Shown here in pieces: positions 39,241-52,862 of a DNA stretch of 64,000 nucleotides. The stretch comes from Lama guanicoe (taxonomy: Eukaryota): the NCBI GenBank assembly GCA_013239625.1, contig MU055594.1:8116117-8180116 (forward strand). Reading direction: 5' to 3'. The notes under the pieces are model-generated. The model ran no database searches. It was not told the origin of the DNA and worked only from the letters and a program-made list of their open reading frames with translations. Positions within the stretch are counted from its first letter, which is position 1. The number at the start of each line of letters is the position of its first letter. The translations under genes were made by a program, and so were the position numbers.

Positions 39241-40460
39241 TCCTGACAAGAGGAAAAAAGACATCCTCAGTTTTAAGAAAAATTGAAAAAGATCTATTTA
39301 TAGAAGGACTAATTACAAAAGAGAGTGGGATATTGGGGAAGAACAAGGGAAAGTAGTGCAGGAATCCAAGACCAGAAGCGTCAGAACTGATGTCACTCAC
39401 CTTCACTTGTGCATCTTTCTTTCCATCCAAAGGGATAAGGGGAGGGGAGGGTTAATCAGATTCTAGAATGAAAAACTGAATTGTGTAGAATATTTTGCCT
39501 TAAGAGGAGCGGTGACTTTCTATCACAAATACAGCCAGTCTCAGACAGTCCTGCTGGGAGAGAACCTCATGGATATGAATAAATTGTTCTTTCTGTGAAT
39601 AAATGCTTCTCTCCTTCCTCTCTCTAGCCTTCACCTGGGCTCCTCATTGGCTATACTCAACCTTCAGTTAAAGGTGGAGCTCATTTATAATCCATACTCT
39701 TCAGCTCCAAATCAGAAATCATGGTGGATGCAAGAGTTTAAGCTAACTACAAAGTTAGAGGGAACCATCCTCAAGACTTCTCTCACTTCTGACTCCAACT
39801 GCATTTTGGGAAGAGGTTCTCAAAACTGCCTTTAGGTTTGATAGTTTGCTAGAAGGACTCATAACTTACTGGAAGCTCTTATACTCACAGTTACGGTTTA
39901 TCACGGGAAAAGGATACATATTAAAAACAGCCAGTGGAAGAAGCACATAGGGCAGGGTTTGGGAAAGTACCAAATGCAAAGCTTCTTGTATCTTGTCCTT
40001 TTGGAGTCACATTATGACACATTGTTTTCCTGGCAGCGGTGTGTGACAATATGCATGTAGTATTACCAACCACAGCAGCTCATCTGAACCTTGGCATTCA
40101 GAATCTGTAATGAGCCTCTATTACATAGACAAGACTGACTGACTGATTGATTGCCCATGTGGTTGATCTCAGTCCTAGGTTGACTGAGACCATATGACCC
40201 AAAGCCTTCACCCTAAATCACATTGTTTTGTTTCGTTTATTTCTTTCTCACATGGCTGGCTCTTACCCAAAATCATATAGTTACACTAGTCAGCATGACC
40301 CAAGGCTCCCAGGCAATCAAAGACACTCCTAACATTTCGAGGACACAGAGATTACTTCCCAGAAGCCAAGAGCAAAGACCAGACCTCATTCTGGCCAAGG
40401 TTAGATTTTACTATGCAGTGAAAAGAATGGAGAATGGATCTGAAGGGCAGAAGTTAGCTA
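39241..40460 (-). mobile_element. LTR33/LTR41-like ERVL solo LTR split by a MER21 insertion
   Basis: ctcctcattggctatactcaacc...tccatac...catggtgga joined to gaatggagaatggatctgaagggcagaa. Confidence 0.6.
39729..40417 (-). mobile_element. MER21-type solo LTR
   Basis: TG...CA ends; 5-bp TSD gtgga/gtgaa; tttgctagaaggactca, ttatactcacagttacggtttat, gattacttcccagaagccaagagcaaagaccagacctc. Confidence 0.88.
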
Positions 40461-40666
40461 TCAGGCCCATTGCCTTTAAGAATTCCTTCAAAGATGAAAG
40501 GAAATAATGTAAATCACCTCCTGTAGTACCTGGAACATGGTCCCTGTCTATTTAAAATGTTATCTTCCTCAGCAGTTTCTTTAATCCTTTTTTCTTTTAC
40601 TTTAAACATAGCATGTGTTCCTGTGGCTTCACCTTTGGTTTTTTTAGTTGCTGATTATCACATTTT

Positions 40667-40793
40667 AATTATTTAATTAATTAATTTAGGGAGAGAGAGG
40701 TAATTAGGTTTATTTGTTTGTTTTTAATGAAGGTACTGGGGATTGTGCCTTGTGCATGCTAAGCATGCACCTACCATTGAGCTATACCCTCCC
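40667..40793 (-). mobile_element. Camelid-type tRNA-derived SINE (B-box deleted)
   Basis: gaggtaattaggtttattt...aggtactggggattg..ccttgtgcatgctaagc...gagctataccctccc; diverged TSD ctgattatcacattt / ctgattctcatattt. Confidence 0.9.
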
Positions 40794-40839
40794 CTGATTC
40801 TCATATTTAAAATTCTCATTCGTTTAGTCTTTGTTCATC

Positions 40840-40948
40840 AATTTATCCACTCAATAACTATTTATTAAGTGCTTATTTTATTCCAGTACAGATGTGGTTC
40901 TTGCCCTCAGAATTTATAGCTTAGTATGGGGAACAAAAATAAACCAAT

Positions 40949-40985
<37 letters not shown>

Positions 40986-41575
40986 TAACAGAAAATAGGT
41001 CTAAATTGTAGAAAGTACTTTAAAGAAAAGGTGCTGAGTCAGAGAGTAACAGTGAAACCCCATTGAACGGGGAAGGAGAAAAATCTAAAGCTGAGATGCT
41101 AAGACTGGAGAGGAGCCGGCTCTGAAATGATCTGGTGGTGGTAGAACATTCTATAAAGAAGGGATAAGTATTTTCTGAGACAGGAAAGAATTTGGTGTGA
41201 AGAGTAAGTGAAAAATATATATATGGGTAGAATATATTGTGAGTGAAGGGCTATGGATAAGAACATAGGTTCTAATGGAAGGGTCACAGGCAAATCATTA
41301 AAACACCTTTATGCAAATGAATAAAATCATTCAATTAACATTTTTAAATATTATGTTGGTTGCACTCTGGGGAACTGATATGTGTTGGAAGCTGGATGGA
41401 AACAGGAAAAACTGGAACTCCAAAGACCTTTTAGAAGTCTGTTTGAGTAGTCGAAGTGATGGGACTGGTTTGGATGATTGCGGTGGCAGTGAATATGGTG
41501 AGTCCCAAACCTGTGGACTTGAGACACATTTGGAGGTAGATTTGATGGGATTTGCAGGTGAGGAATGTAGAGGTG
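40840..41575 (-). mobile_element. L2 LINE 3' part
   Basis: tatttattaagtgctt...gttcttgccctc...catttggaggtaga...ggatttgcaggtga. Confidence 0.75.
40952..40982. repeat. (AC)15 microsatellite
   Basis: Directly visible. Confidence 0.97.
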
Positions 41576-42389
41576 GGTAGAAATAGAGAGCAGCCACCCA
41601 CACCCACCTCACCCCTCTTTGAGCAGTTGGTATCAGTCCCTGAGCTAGAGAAAGTTCTGCAAATGTTGACAGATTCATTGTTTCCAGGGCCTACAGACAA
41701 TCCTACCTGAAATTCCAACTATCCAAGACCAGCAATCAAACTTTCCAGGATAATGAATTGAAGACTCAGCCAGTTGGTCAAGGCCCTCTGGGGTTTGGTT
41801 TTGGCCTTCCTGGCTTCATTGACCACCTCTTCACTGGTATACGTGCTTCACTAGCTAGTCTGATTAGTTGTGCTCTGAATGATATGCTTACTTCTCTGCT
41901 GTCTGTGAACCTGACTTAACTCAGACTATCTGCCTTGTTTACCTTTGAAATCTTACTTATTTTTGAAAACTAAGTGATATGCCATCTCCTGTATGAAACC
42001 CTTCCCCCCATCCCTGTGTGATGAAGGAACTAGACTAAGCATGTTTATATGAACACTCATAGATGTGCAATTTAGGAATGCAACCAGATACATGAAAACA
42101 AGCACCATTCTATTCCAAATGTTCTTTTATTTTGCATGAGAGATTATAGAAATTTCAAGATTTTTAGAAAAGGCCATTGGGTCCTGACTTAGTCTAAATC
42201 CAGGAAACCTAATGCCATAGGTTTCTTAAACTTTATAAGAGTGAAATTCATCTAAGTGAAAAGCCTGAACTTGTAAGACAGCATCTGAATCAAAAGAGAG
42301 AAAGCAAGCTTTGAAAATATATATATAGTACCCATTTTCCCAAGCAGCTTAATTTTAAATCAGTGATCCATATTGATGTATAATAACGA

Positions 42390-42605
42390 TAAACTTTTAC
42401 TGAGTTCTTAATGTGTCACAAGGATTGTCCTAGCATTTTACATGAATTAATTCATTTAGTCATTTGAAGAAAACAATGAGTTGGATGCTAATGATCCATT
42501 TTGTAGATTTAAGACTGAGGCTTAGGAAATTGTGATAACTTGCCCCGGAGTCCTAAAACCAAACAATTTGACTTCTGAGTATCCCCAGCTCCAAACCCCA
42601 CTATG
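42390..42605 (-). mobile_element. MIR SINE
   Basis: ttactgagttctta...ccattttgtagat...actgaggcttag...aacttgccc. Confidence 0.75.
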
Positions 42606-43459
42606 GTGCCTCTTCACAGAATCCCCACGTCATACAGTGAATGTAAAACTGAAGGTTTTGTTCAGGCATGCTGAGGGTGAAAAGTGGAATTTTTGAATAC
42701 TATTTCATTTTGTAGCTTAATATTATCAAATTTTCCTGAAAGGTCAGAAAAATAATAAAGTACATGGGTAAAATAATGTGATCCCTTCTACAAAAGCCAC
42801 AGGAATGCAAAATTGAGGGGATTTTAAGCCTTGAGTTGTGATAGTACCTGCAAATGCAGTTAAGATAAATGAATGACTAGTTCACATAGTCTCTCTGGAT
42901 TGTCAGTAATAGGCTTGGGTAAAAAGGTCATATCCATCTTGATAGAAAATGAATATTTATTTTTTAAAAGTCTGCTTTTTTGGCTTCCTTGGGTTTATTA
43001 CAGCACTATTTACAAAAATAAGTCACTGAAGACTTGGCACGTTGCATACTCTGTTTTCTAGACACTGAAAGAAATGCTGGCAACATTTCCATTAGCTTAC
43101 TAACTAATAAGACAGCTTTGGCTACTTTCAAAGGACTTGGATTCTGGCAAGAAAAGCTCTTTTTTTTTTTTCACAATTAGGTATTTAATCTTTAAGTTAT
43201 TACTAGATGCCATAGAGTGAAAACTATATTTATATCTACATACTCTGAATGGAAAAGCTCTATCTTCTTACGGCCTATAGACGGCTATAACTTTAGATAC
43301 TTGAAGTCTCCAACATGAAAAGGCAAGGATATTAAGTTTACCCTTGGGGAGAATTTGCTCTGTGATTTCATGCTAAAATTTTGAGCAGTAGCTCAATGCC
43401 TGTCCCACATGGTCAGCAGAATATGTAAATGACAAACATCTGTGCCAAAGTATATAAAA

Positions 43460-43700
43460 GCAATTCATTGAACATGTAATAAGTGCTCTATTCCAGCCAC
43501 TATTCTAGCCACTATTTTAAACCCTAGGAGAAGAGAGGTGATGATAAGGCAGAGTCTGTCCTTCATGAAGTGTCTAGTCTAGCAGGGGAGACAGAGCAGT
43601 AAATAAATATTTTAGGGAACTAAAAGCTGGGTATGATGGATTATTATAGTGGGCTATGGAGGGGAAAATGCTTAAATTTTCCCTGGAACAATTAGAGAAG
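43460..43700 (-). mobile_element. L2 3' end fragment
   Basis: agtctgtccttcatgaagtgtctagtctagcaggggagacaga. Confidence 0.6.
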
Positions 43701-46700
43701 GCTTAATTTTTTCATAATCCTATTTATGAATATACAAATTCAAATACTTTAAACAACACACTTAATTTCATTTCAGTGTATGGTCCTATTTTATATGGTT
43801 AAGGTACTGCCTATTTCACTACCACTGATAAGCTGTGAGAACAGGGACATAAGGAAGGAAGAAGCATGGTGAGAAAGCATCAAGGTGAGAAAATAAAATG
43901 ATTTAAAAAAATCAAGGTAATGATTTCAGTGATTCAGTTTGGTTTTCAAGGGTTTAGTGTTTTTTTTACAGCAGAAGTTTGGTAGAAGGGCTTAAGTCAG
44001 TATATGCTTGTTGAAGATGGGTTTTTCCCTAAGACTTTGGTTAATTTCTCTGAAGGGTAGGGAAGATGAAAATAATTTTGATAATTCTTTGTGGATTTCT
44101 ATATGCTGACATATTTTGGGAGTTCTTAAAACTTCATATTTCAGAAAGATGGGTTAGAAGGTAGCAAACTGAACTCTATTAATTTATTCTTCTGCCCTTA
44201 ATTGTCTCATTTTCATAATTTAAAAAAATACATAACATGAAGGATCATGTTGTCTTTAATGGTAATATCATTTGTGATTCTGTCCTGATTTCATGTTTAA
44301 TGAAAACAGACTGTGTCCTACAAACACCAGGATCTTTTCTTAGTCTAAGTTGTTCTTTAAAAAACTATTTGTTCTTTCATATTTGGTTTGAATTATTTCA
44401 AATAGACTAGCCAGAACATTTCAGAAATAAGTCTGAAACACACATTATAATTTTATACAGTGATGGTATAAATTTTTATAGGTGCATTTTTATTAATTGT
44501 CTTATATTTGAATCCATAATAACTGAAATTAATCTTTGACTGAGGTGACAGGCTGAGTTGGAAGGAATGTGGCTTTCCTCTCCCTCTGGGGTACTTGCAT
44601 CTACTTTCATATGGCTTTGTAGAAGAAAGGAGACAACGTTTGTTTATGGCAATTCAAGGCATTATAATTTTTAGTTGACCAAATTCTGCCTTTTGCAGAG
44701 GTGGAAATGTTAGTTACCTTAGTCTCGCATATTGTGATAATGAGAGAATCTCCTGTATAAGAATGTTTTACAATTATCACACGTTTTGTATTAAAGAAGG
44801 AAGTTATATAGTGATTATTATCTTTCTAATTAGAAGTGGCATTTCATCTGGCTTGAAAGGACTAAGTAGTACTTAATGAGCATCTAGTTGACTAGAATTT
44901 TGACTTGAGGGTTAAGCCTAATATCTGTGATCCCAAAAGGTACATTTATTAGATTTAAGGGTACTAGTGCCATTGACAAGTGTAAGTCTTGACTTAGAGG
45001 TTGCCGTTTATTCAGTCTCAATTAATATGCATACAGGTTGGTATGAATGGTAAATATTTTTTAAACCTCTTTAAAATAAGTGTCTATTGGATATTAACCC
45101 AAGGGATCACTTTTATGTGTCATATTATTTTTAAAATTCTTTAAGTTTTCTTCAGTGAGACTTGTTTTGGCATTCAGCTATAATGAATGAGAATTACAAC
45201 TGAAAAAGATTATTATTTTAAAATCAACTTTGTATCACCTTTTCTTCTCTGAGGATGATTAGCTCAAAGCATATAAGTTCCTCTAATCTGAAGAGTTGGA
45301 AGAGGCAGATGGCTAGTGCCTGCCTCATGTAAGGCATTGGTGTGCACGAGGTGTGAGTACTTCACCCATGAATCAAGTCCAGGGACATGCAGAGAAGGTG
45401 AAGTGTGATTCATGAACCAGCATTCTTAAATTAAGTTACTGTCACTGGAAGTCAAAATATTCTTGATGAACTCAAAAAATAAACTCATTTATAATTTGGA
45501 AAAATTATATCTGTGGACAAACATGATAGAATGCAAAGTAATGACCTCTAGAAGTGAAATCAGCTGAATATGATAAGCTCTTTAGTAGATCTGGGTTTCT
45601 GGTATAATTACTATAAACAGGCTTCATATTAGTCATTTTAAATACCTAACATTTATAGCTATTTGGAGCAGTGTTGATAGATCAATATATTTAGAGGTAT
45701 TTAAGTCTACAAGTGTCTTCCCAAGTAAACAGTTAAAATAGTATAGGTATATAAGAACTTCTTTTTCTTCTTCTTTTATATCTCAAGCTTCATCTTGACC
45801 CCAGGCCTAAAAGGCAGGAAGAAGATATCACTGAGCACAATTATTGATGCCATGGCCCAGACGTACGTGGTTGACAGAATGTCATTACTGTATTGTTTTA
45901 TGTAATTGAATATGCTAGAGATGATAAAGCCTGCGTTAATGTTATTCACCTTATTTTTACTAGACGGCTTTTATTAATAATGTTGATTCTGTTAAATGCT
46001 AGGCCATGCTAAATTGGTATGAATATACTCAGAGGCATTATTTTCTTAAAAAAAAAAGCTTACTCTGAAATGCACTTTTAAATATAAAATTAGAGATGAA
46101 TTTAAAATAACGAAGCAAGTGGTTGGCAAGGAGGGTCCCACTTGAAGGCATTTGGGTAGTTTGGGTCTCACATATGGGTGGTTGACCAGGTTGGGGGGCC
46201 TACTTGTAGGTAGTTGGGTAGTTAAAAAGAAAAATACAATAACATAGCTATTGATAGGTCTTAGTTGATAAAATATAAATCATACTAAGTATTTAAAAAA
46301 AAACAATTTAATGTCAGGAGTTTTTATTAAGTGTACATATTCCAAAAGCATCAGCCTAAGCATGTTATTGCAACACATAATACATCTAATAAATACCAGG
46401 TATTATTAGCATGTACTAGTCACTAGAATTTACCCATCATATTCCAAGATTATAAAAGGGCGTGTTTGAATACCTGTATCTGCTGGTTGGGCTGGTGTTT
46501 AGAGGCTAGCAAGTCAACCTCTCCCTCCCCTGAGCTCCCTCAGTCCTCTGCCCACTATATCCTTTGAGGCAGAAAGGATCATTTTTCATTGAGGCATTAT
46601 TATGCATTCCTAACTATGGGCAACAATTAAGCTTGAGCAGAGGGGCATAGAACTGTGTTCCAAGAATCCAACCCAAAAAAGTGGTTGAGCACTTCACTAA

Positions 46701-48419
46701 GGCAGGCAGGGGTGAGAAAAGAGTTGGAACCAGCCCCCAGTAGAAAGGCAGATAGTACAGCCTAGAGCAGAGGCTTGGGACCAAATTATGTAGGGAATCT
46801 GACAACAGATTAGCAACAGAAAGACACTTCCAAAGAGGAAGTAAGGGCAGTAAAGCTGTTAGAGCCCTTGCCTTCTGAGGTGGGGGCTTCCAGGCCTGAA
46901 ACCACATTGAGAGACAGGCCAACTCCTTGACTGGAGAGAGGAGTAAGAGTGGGGTCAGTACTACTCTTGGTGGTCGCTTTTGAGCCAACCCAACTACTTT
47001 GTTTTCTGTTAATTTATTGCTAGTTTTCATTTTTTAAGTAGAGAAGCTATATACAGAGGCTATAATTTTAGTAATAATTTTCTTTATTCTTTACTTTTTT
47101 TTTCCTTCAAATTTATCACATTGAGAAGACTTTTTCTGACCTGTTGACAAATGAGTGGAGAAAGGAAAAAGTTTAGAGGTTTTCTTCCCGCTGTTGTTTT
47201 TAAGATCTGATGTAGGGAATACTCTTTACAATAGAGAGAGGTACTAACCGAGTTCCATTGCCTCTGGCCTCACCACCTCTCCCGAAGAAGGCATTTCTCT
47301 CCATGATGTTCAGCTTGCAAAGTCTCTTCTTTTGTATGGTAACTAACATCCTCCAGTGTGTGTCCAGGCAAACATCTGCAGGGATTTATGTGCTCAGTTC
47401 CTGAGGCACAGCTCATTGGTAAAGATAATTCTGCATGAGGAACCATTTGACATTTCCTGGGTACATTTAAATTGCATATTGCAAAGACTGCAAATGGTTT
47501 AATTGGGCCATTTGGTGTGCCCTGATGCCAAGCATACGTGCCAGCTGATGTCCCTTCGATAGTTTCTTTGAAATGAAGTATTTTTAAATGTCTTCAAAAT
47601 AGGGAAGCTCTTACCATGGTTAAAAAATAGCCAAAAGAGAGAAAAGGACACTTGAAAAGTCAAAACAACAGAATAATTAAAAAGTCTTGTCTCTAGGGCA
47701 CAGATATTTTAAAAACTTAGTTATCTTTGTATAGTTGAAATTTTAAATGCCTACATAGTAAAATACATCAAATAGAATTCTTTTTAAGTACAGTCTTAGA
47801 AATGTGTTTTCACAAAGACGATGGTGGTTTTAAAGATTTTAGTGCACAGACTTGCTTCTTTCCCTAGTGACCTATTTTTTCTTTTCTTTTTAGTACAAAT
47901 TACCACTTCAGCAATTGCTTTCTTAATCATGATTCACATAAATCTGATTTCTCTTTGAAAATGATCTGTTTTTATCCTGAATTACCTTACCTCACTACCA
48001 TAAAGACCTTGATTAATTAGAATTAAAATACAAAGTACAAAATGATTAATTTGTTTAGCAATTAAGAGTTTTAATATTCTGTAATCTGATATAGTTCCCT
48101 CTTGCTAAGTCTTGTGGAATTGATTCAACAGAGATACATTTATTTATCAGATCATTTGGTACATTAGCACTGGACAGAATTTTCTAGCCAAGATATGTTT
48201 CTCGGGATTCTTTCTCACCTACATTTTATTGTCTGTCCCTGATACAGACCTGAGCTTATGAGGTGCTCAATTTTGGTACGAGAAAACAGAAACCAAGTAG
48301 AGGAGAGGGAAAGAAGCAGAGAAATGACCAAACTTAGTAGGAGGTTATTTATTTAGGCCCTAGAGCTGGAGAAGCACCCGTTTAGAAGGGGGACCCAGAC
48401 TATAAAATCTCTCTCCTTT

Positions 48420-48902
48420 TGTTATCGAAGGCAGGTTCATATGCCCATCACACCGTGAGTGAGGCCAAACAAACTGAAATATTGAAGTTCAGAGCAGAGA
48501 AAGGTTTATTGCAGGGCTGAGCAAAGAGGATAGGATGGCTCACGCCCAAGAAAACCCCAAGCTCTCCAAAGGGTTTCAGCAAAGCATATTTAAAGGCCAG
48601 ATTTGGGAGGGGGCTTGCAGGGTACATGATCATCTCTTGCATAATTCTCTGATTAGTTGATGTTGAGGGGATAGGGGAGTCAACACTGTCAATTCCTAGC
48701 TACCAGAAGATCTGGGGCCACAAGCTCTCCGTCATCAAGTAGTTCATTTCTTTCCTTCGGTGGTGGTTTTTAGCATCTGAAAAACTCGGGAAATATTCAT
48801 GAGATACTATTATCTGGATACGTCAGAGACCAGAGACGAGCTACAGCAGAGGATATGAGGGGTCTGACCCAGGAAATCCCCACAGGGTCCTGCTCGGTTA
48901 CA
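48420..48902 (-). mobile_element. ERV1-class solo LTR (cetartiodactyl MER41-like family; family name tentative)
   Basis: TGTTA...TTACA ends; perfect 4-bp TSD cttt (48416-48419, 48903-48906); minus-strand TTTAAATA box and AATAAA; begins TGTAACCGAGCAGGACCCT. Confidence 0.88.
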
Positions 48903-49087
48903 CTTTCTCTGCAAGCTATTGATACTTGCTAATGTTCTTTGTTACTTCTAAAAAAAGAAACACTTATGATATAATCAATCATAATTCTTAAAATGGTACG
49001 ATGTATGGCTTAAAAAAAGATATTTCAAAATATAACTGCTTTGAAGATTTTTTATGGTGCCTTTTTGGTTAGTCACAATCAGAGTGA

Positions 49088-49091
<4 letters not shown>

Positions 49092-49129
<38 letters not shown>
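49092..49129. repeat. Poly-T (38 nt)
   Basis: Directly visible. Confidence 0.97.
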
Positions 49130-49133
<4 letters not shown>

Positions 49134-50189
49134 GAAGTAGACATTTTTCAGGTATTTTTTCCCCAGAAGATTTTAAAGTATGAAAGCATGAGCTCTAGTG
49201 AATCTCTGGGAAGTTTTATACTGACATCAGCAACCTTATATTTGTAGGGGAATTTTTATTTAAGAGTGTCCAAACACTAGAAATGGTTTCCTGATGATAA
49301 TAAGTACAGACGTGACAGAACCGACTGGTCTCAGGTTTCTTTGTTCTGTGTTCCATTCACTAGATGTGTTTACTTCAGAACATTCCTAGAGGCTTTCTCA
49401 GGCTCCCCGGGGGAAATATTCTATGGTCTCAGAAACAAAATAACCTAGTGACATAAGAGAAAAACAAAGTTGCATTTTAGTAAAAATGCTGACAAAATAG
49501 AAATAGTCACATACTAGCCTCTCTTTGCCTTTGTTTTGGTAGTGGAGGAGTTGCATAAAAGTACTTAGACCATTAAAAAAACAAACAAAAAAGAAAAACT
49601 ACCCTCTGCCCTGCCTTTGGAGGATGCTATTTTTCTTTTTTCCATTGTTTCCCAGTAACTCTTAAGTCAGCTTTCTCATTTGTTAGTTTCTTTTCCTGTA
49701 ATCAGCTCACTCCACTTTCACTGAGGTTTTTCAGACAAGAGGCCTGATGATGAAAACAGATTGAATGTATCCTGTGCTTTTCAACTAACCTACTTCTTAG
49801 ACCTCTTAAACATAACCCATGGATACCACAGATGCATGTTTTTGTGGGAGAAAAGAATTTTGAAAGGATATGATACCTATTAGGCAGAAATGTGGTTGAA
49901 CCCAAAAGAGTGTATTTTTCTAGGCTTGCATCAGTAGTTAGGCAGTAATTATGCCCAACATTGAGTCATCTATAAATCTGAGACGTAAGCTACTAAAATC
50001 CACACACAGTACATAATTCACATCTCCGGCACAATCATTTCAGAAAGACAGGCAATCTGCCAGGCAGAAAGTAGAAAGAGGGATTTTCATTTTAAACCAG
50101 ACTCTATAACATTAACACAGCTAAAAAATGACTTTCTCAATAGAAAGGAGGTGGGAGAGAGAGAGTGGGCTAACTCTTTTAGTTAGTAT

Positions 50190-50335
50190 AGTACCTTTTG
50201 GTATTATGAGGACACTTTACATTGGTTGTTTTCTGTATTTGCCACAAAAACCCTTCAGTTAGGTTTTATTATCCCTATTTTACAGATGAGAGAACTGAAC
50301 TTACAGAGGTTAATGTAATTTCCCCTAAAGTATTA
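50190..50335 (-). mobile_element. MIR SINE
   Basis: ttattatccctattttacagatgagagaactgaacttacagaggttaa. Confidence 0.8.
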
Positions 50336-52576
50336 AAAGTGGTGATGACAGTAACTACTTAAAATATGGTGAATTTGGCTTTGAAATATGTAGTACTCTA
50401 CTGTATTGTCCCCAGCAGCATCAGTTTTGTGCAGTAAAAGCTTTGGGAGGACTTAGAAAAGTGTTGTTTTTCTTTTTTTTTTTAAATGGGCCATTTAGGA
50501 GTATCCAACAACTGTTTATTGAATGTGTATTATGTATATGAAATGAAGTATATTTCTTTCCTACAAATGAAACTGTTGAAGCACAATCATTTTACTTTAC
50601 TAGCGTAACTGGAATAAAATAACTATCAGATACCTCCCCTACCACCTATGATCAGTCTTCACACTTGGTCCAAGGGAAACTCAAAACTCAAACCTTTGAC
50701 CAGGGAGAAATGAGTTATGTTCCTTAGATTTCTAGGTGGAGATCAAACCATTGCAACCATTGGTTTCCCAAAGGCCTATTCCAGTGGCTCCTTGATTCCC
50801 AGCCCTTCGATCAACTTGCCCTAGAGATCTAGTCCTTCCAAAGGGTTGAAACCTTTACACCCTCGAGGTAGGTGTTGAACTGCAAAACTGTTTTTTGACC
50901 ACTTCCTTTGCAAGTCCTGCAGAACTGAGCTAGTGTTTTGCTCGTGTTTGAAGATTTGTTTTGGAAGTACTTTACTTTGGAAGTACTTTGAGAACTTTTG
51001 TTTTTAACCTTTTAGGACTTCAGATAAACTGGGACAAAGAGAACCAATTTAGTGTCCTGTTACACACTATTTTACAAAGAAAGAAAATTTACTAAGTAAC
51101 AGAGAATTTAAATGGATCAGAGGGAAGAGCTTTTCCAAGGTAATGACTGGCTTCTTACTAAGAGTGATTAGTTATCAGAATTTTAAAGGAATGAAAAAGT
51201 CACTTAACTATGGGCTGAAATCATAGTATCCCATAACACTTTTTAGAAGTATCTTAAATATCAGTGCCTTAAGTTTTAAACAGAGCAGTTTCTTTAGTAT
51301 CGTAATTTTAAAAGGTGCCCTGGAGGTATTTGACAGTCAGGTTTATGTTGGTCTTTGCCCTTGTGGTAAACATGCCAATCTAACAACTCTGAGTCCACTT
51401 AATAGATCATTTTTCTTAGATTTCTAACTGATATATGTAATATTTGAATATTCTGATCCTCTTTAGTGGCATTTATGAGCTGTCTCTAAGAGGGGCACAG
51501 CTTCTCACTGCCCAAGAATGGGTCTTGAGGTCAGTCTGTTGTATCAGTTCAGCGGCTACAACACCATTTGTAGCTAATACTGCTTATAGTTGATGAAATC
51601 CATGAGTCTAGATACTCTTAATAAAAAACTGACAGACTTCAATACATAGCTTTACACAAATTACTCTATTTCTAAGATTACTAAAGTCATTAAAAAAATC
51701 TGCTCTTTCTTCAACATAGAATAGAAAAGATGGAAGTTTTAAATCTGAACAAGATTAAGAAGATGCAGTTATTGGGATTCTGTGCTGTGGAGCAGCTGAC
51801 TGTCAGTTGAAGTAGAAATCAGAGCAGTCCTCCTAGGTGGCAGAGTTTAGGGGCTGGGTATCAGGAGCTAATCTGCACTCTCTCTCTCAAAGCTGGGTAG
51901 GGGATTCTGATCAGCATCATCCCAACTCACTCTGTGTCTCATGGTTTCCTGAAATAAGAAAGGAATCATTCATGATCTTTTTACAAGGGACTAGTCACTT
52001 AACTCCTGTGTGAGATCACTGTCAATACCAACTCATTATTGTCCTAAGTGAAATTACGAGATAACTTGCAAAGTGAAATATGCCTGCATTTCACTTTCCT
52101 GCTCCTTTTGTCAGCTTCTCTGATATTGGCTAGCTTCTCCCAGACTCCTCTGCTTTTCCTTGGATGGTTATTGACATTTGAATCCTACTTGCAAATTGCT
52201 AAAGAAATACCATGTAGCAACTTGCAAAATATTCATCAGATGCATGTCCTGACTTTCAGACTTAAATTAAGAACAGTTGCTTACACATACTTTATTCCAG
52301 TAAGATGCTGAACAGGTCTGTATTACTTAATGTTACCAACACTCTGAAACATTTAGAATAACTCTTTATACTGAGACTGTTTTCCATCTCTTCTACTGAA
52401 ATCTCAGAAATATTTCTCCATGACACTTGAAAGGTTGTCTGTTTCTTATCTCCTTTGGTTGTTCTGTGCCCTTGTCTTCAGCATTACTGTTGCTGGGAAT
52501 GATAGGTCTCTATTGAGTTATCAGTTTAGTGATTAGAGGGTTGGAAATTTTCACCAGGATTTAGGACCTTTATATA

Positions 52577-52862
52577 AGTGGTACCCAAACTTGTCTGCAT
52601 ATTGGGATCTCCTAGGAAGCTTCAAGAAATGCTGATGCCTGGGCCCCATTTCCAGAAGGTGATTTAATTATCTGGGAGTGGAATTTTAGGAAAGATCCCC
52701 AGGTAACTCCAATATGCAGGCATTTTAGGGGATCACTGCCTTAGAATCATCTAGGAAGCTGTGAAGAATACTTCTATTTAAACCTCAACTCAGACAAATC
52801 AAATTGGAAAATTTGGGATTGGGGCTCAGGTTGGTGTACAGCCAAGACTGCCATCCACTGCT
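52577..52862. mobile_element. Two adjacent MER5-type hAT MITE fragments
   Basis: agtggtacccaaacttgtctgcatattgggatctcctaggaagctt...atgctgatgcctgggcccca; then ttagaatcatctaggaagct...cagccaagactg...ccactg. Confidence 0.75.

Noticed and set aside
46480-47030. GC-richer block with a 138-aa minus-strand ORF; possible ancient LTR
   Set aside because: No recognisable protein similarity and I cannot name the repeat family; left unannotated.
50959-50990. Short tandem duplication of tttggaagtacttt (similar ones near 27660, 35235, 43270)
   Set aside because: Two-copy micro-duplications typical of replication slippage; no array or spacer structure.
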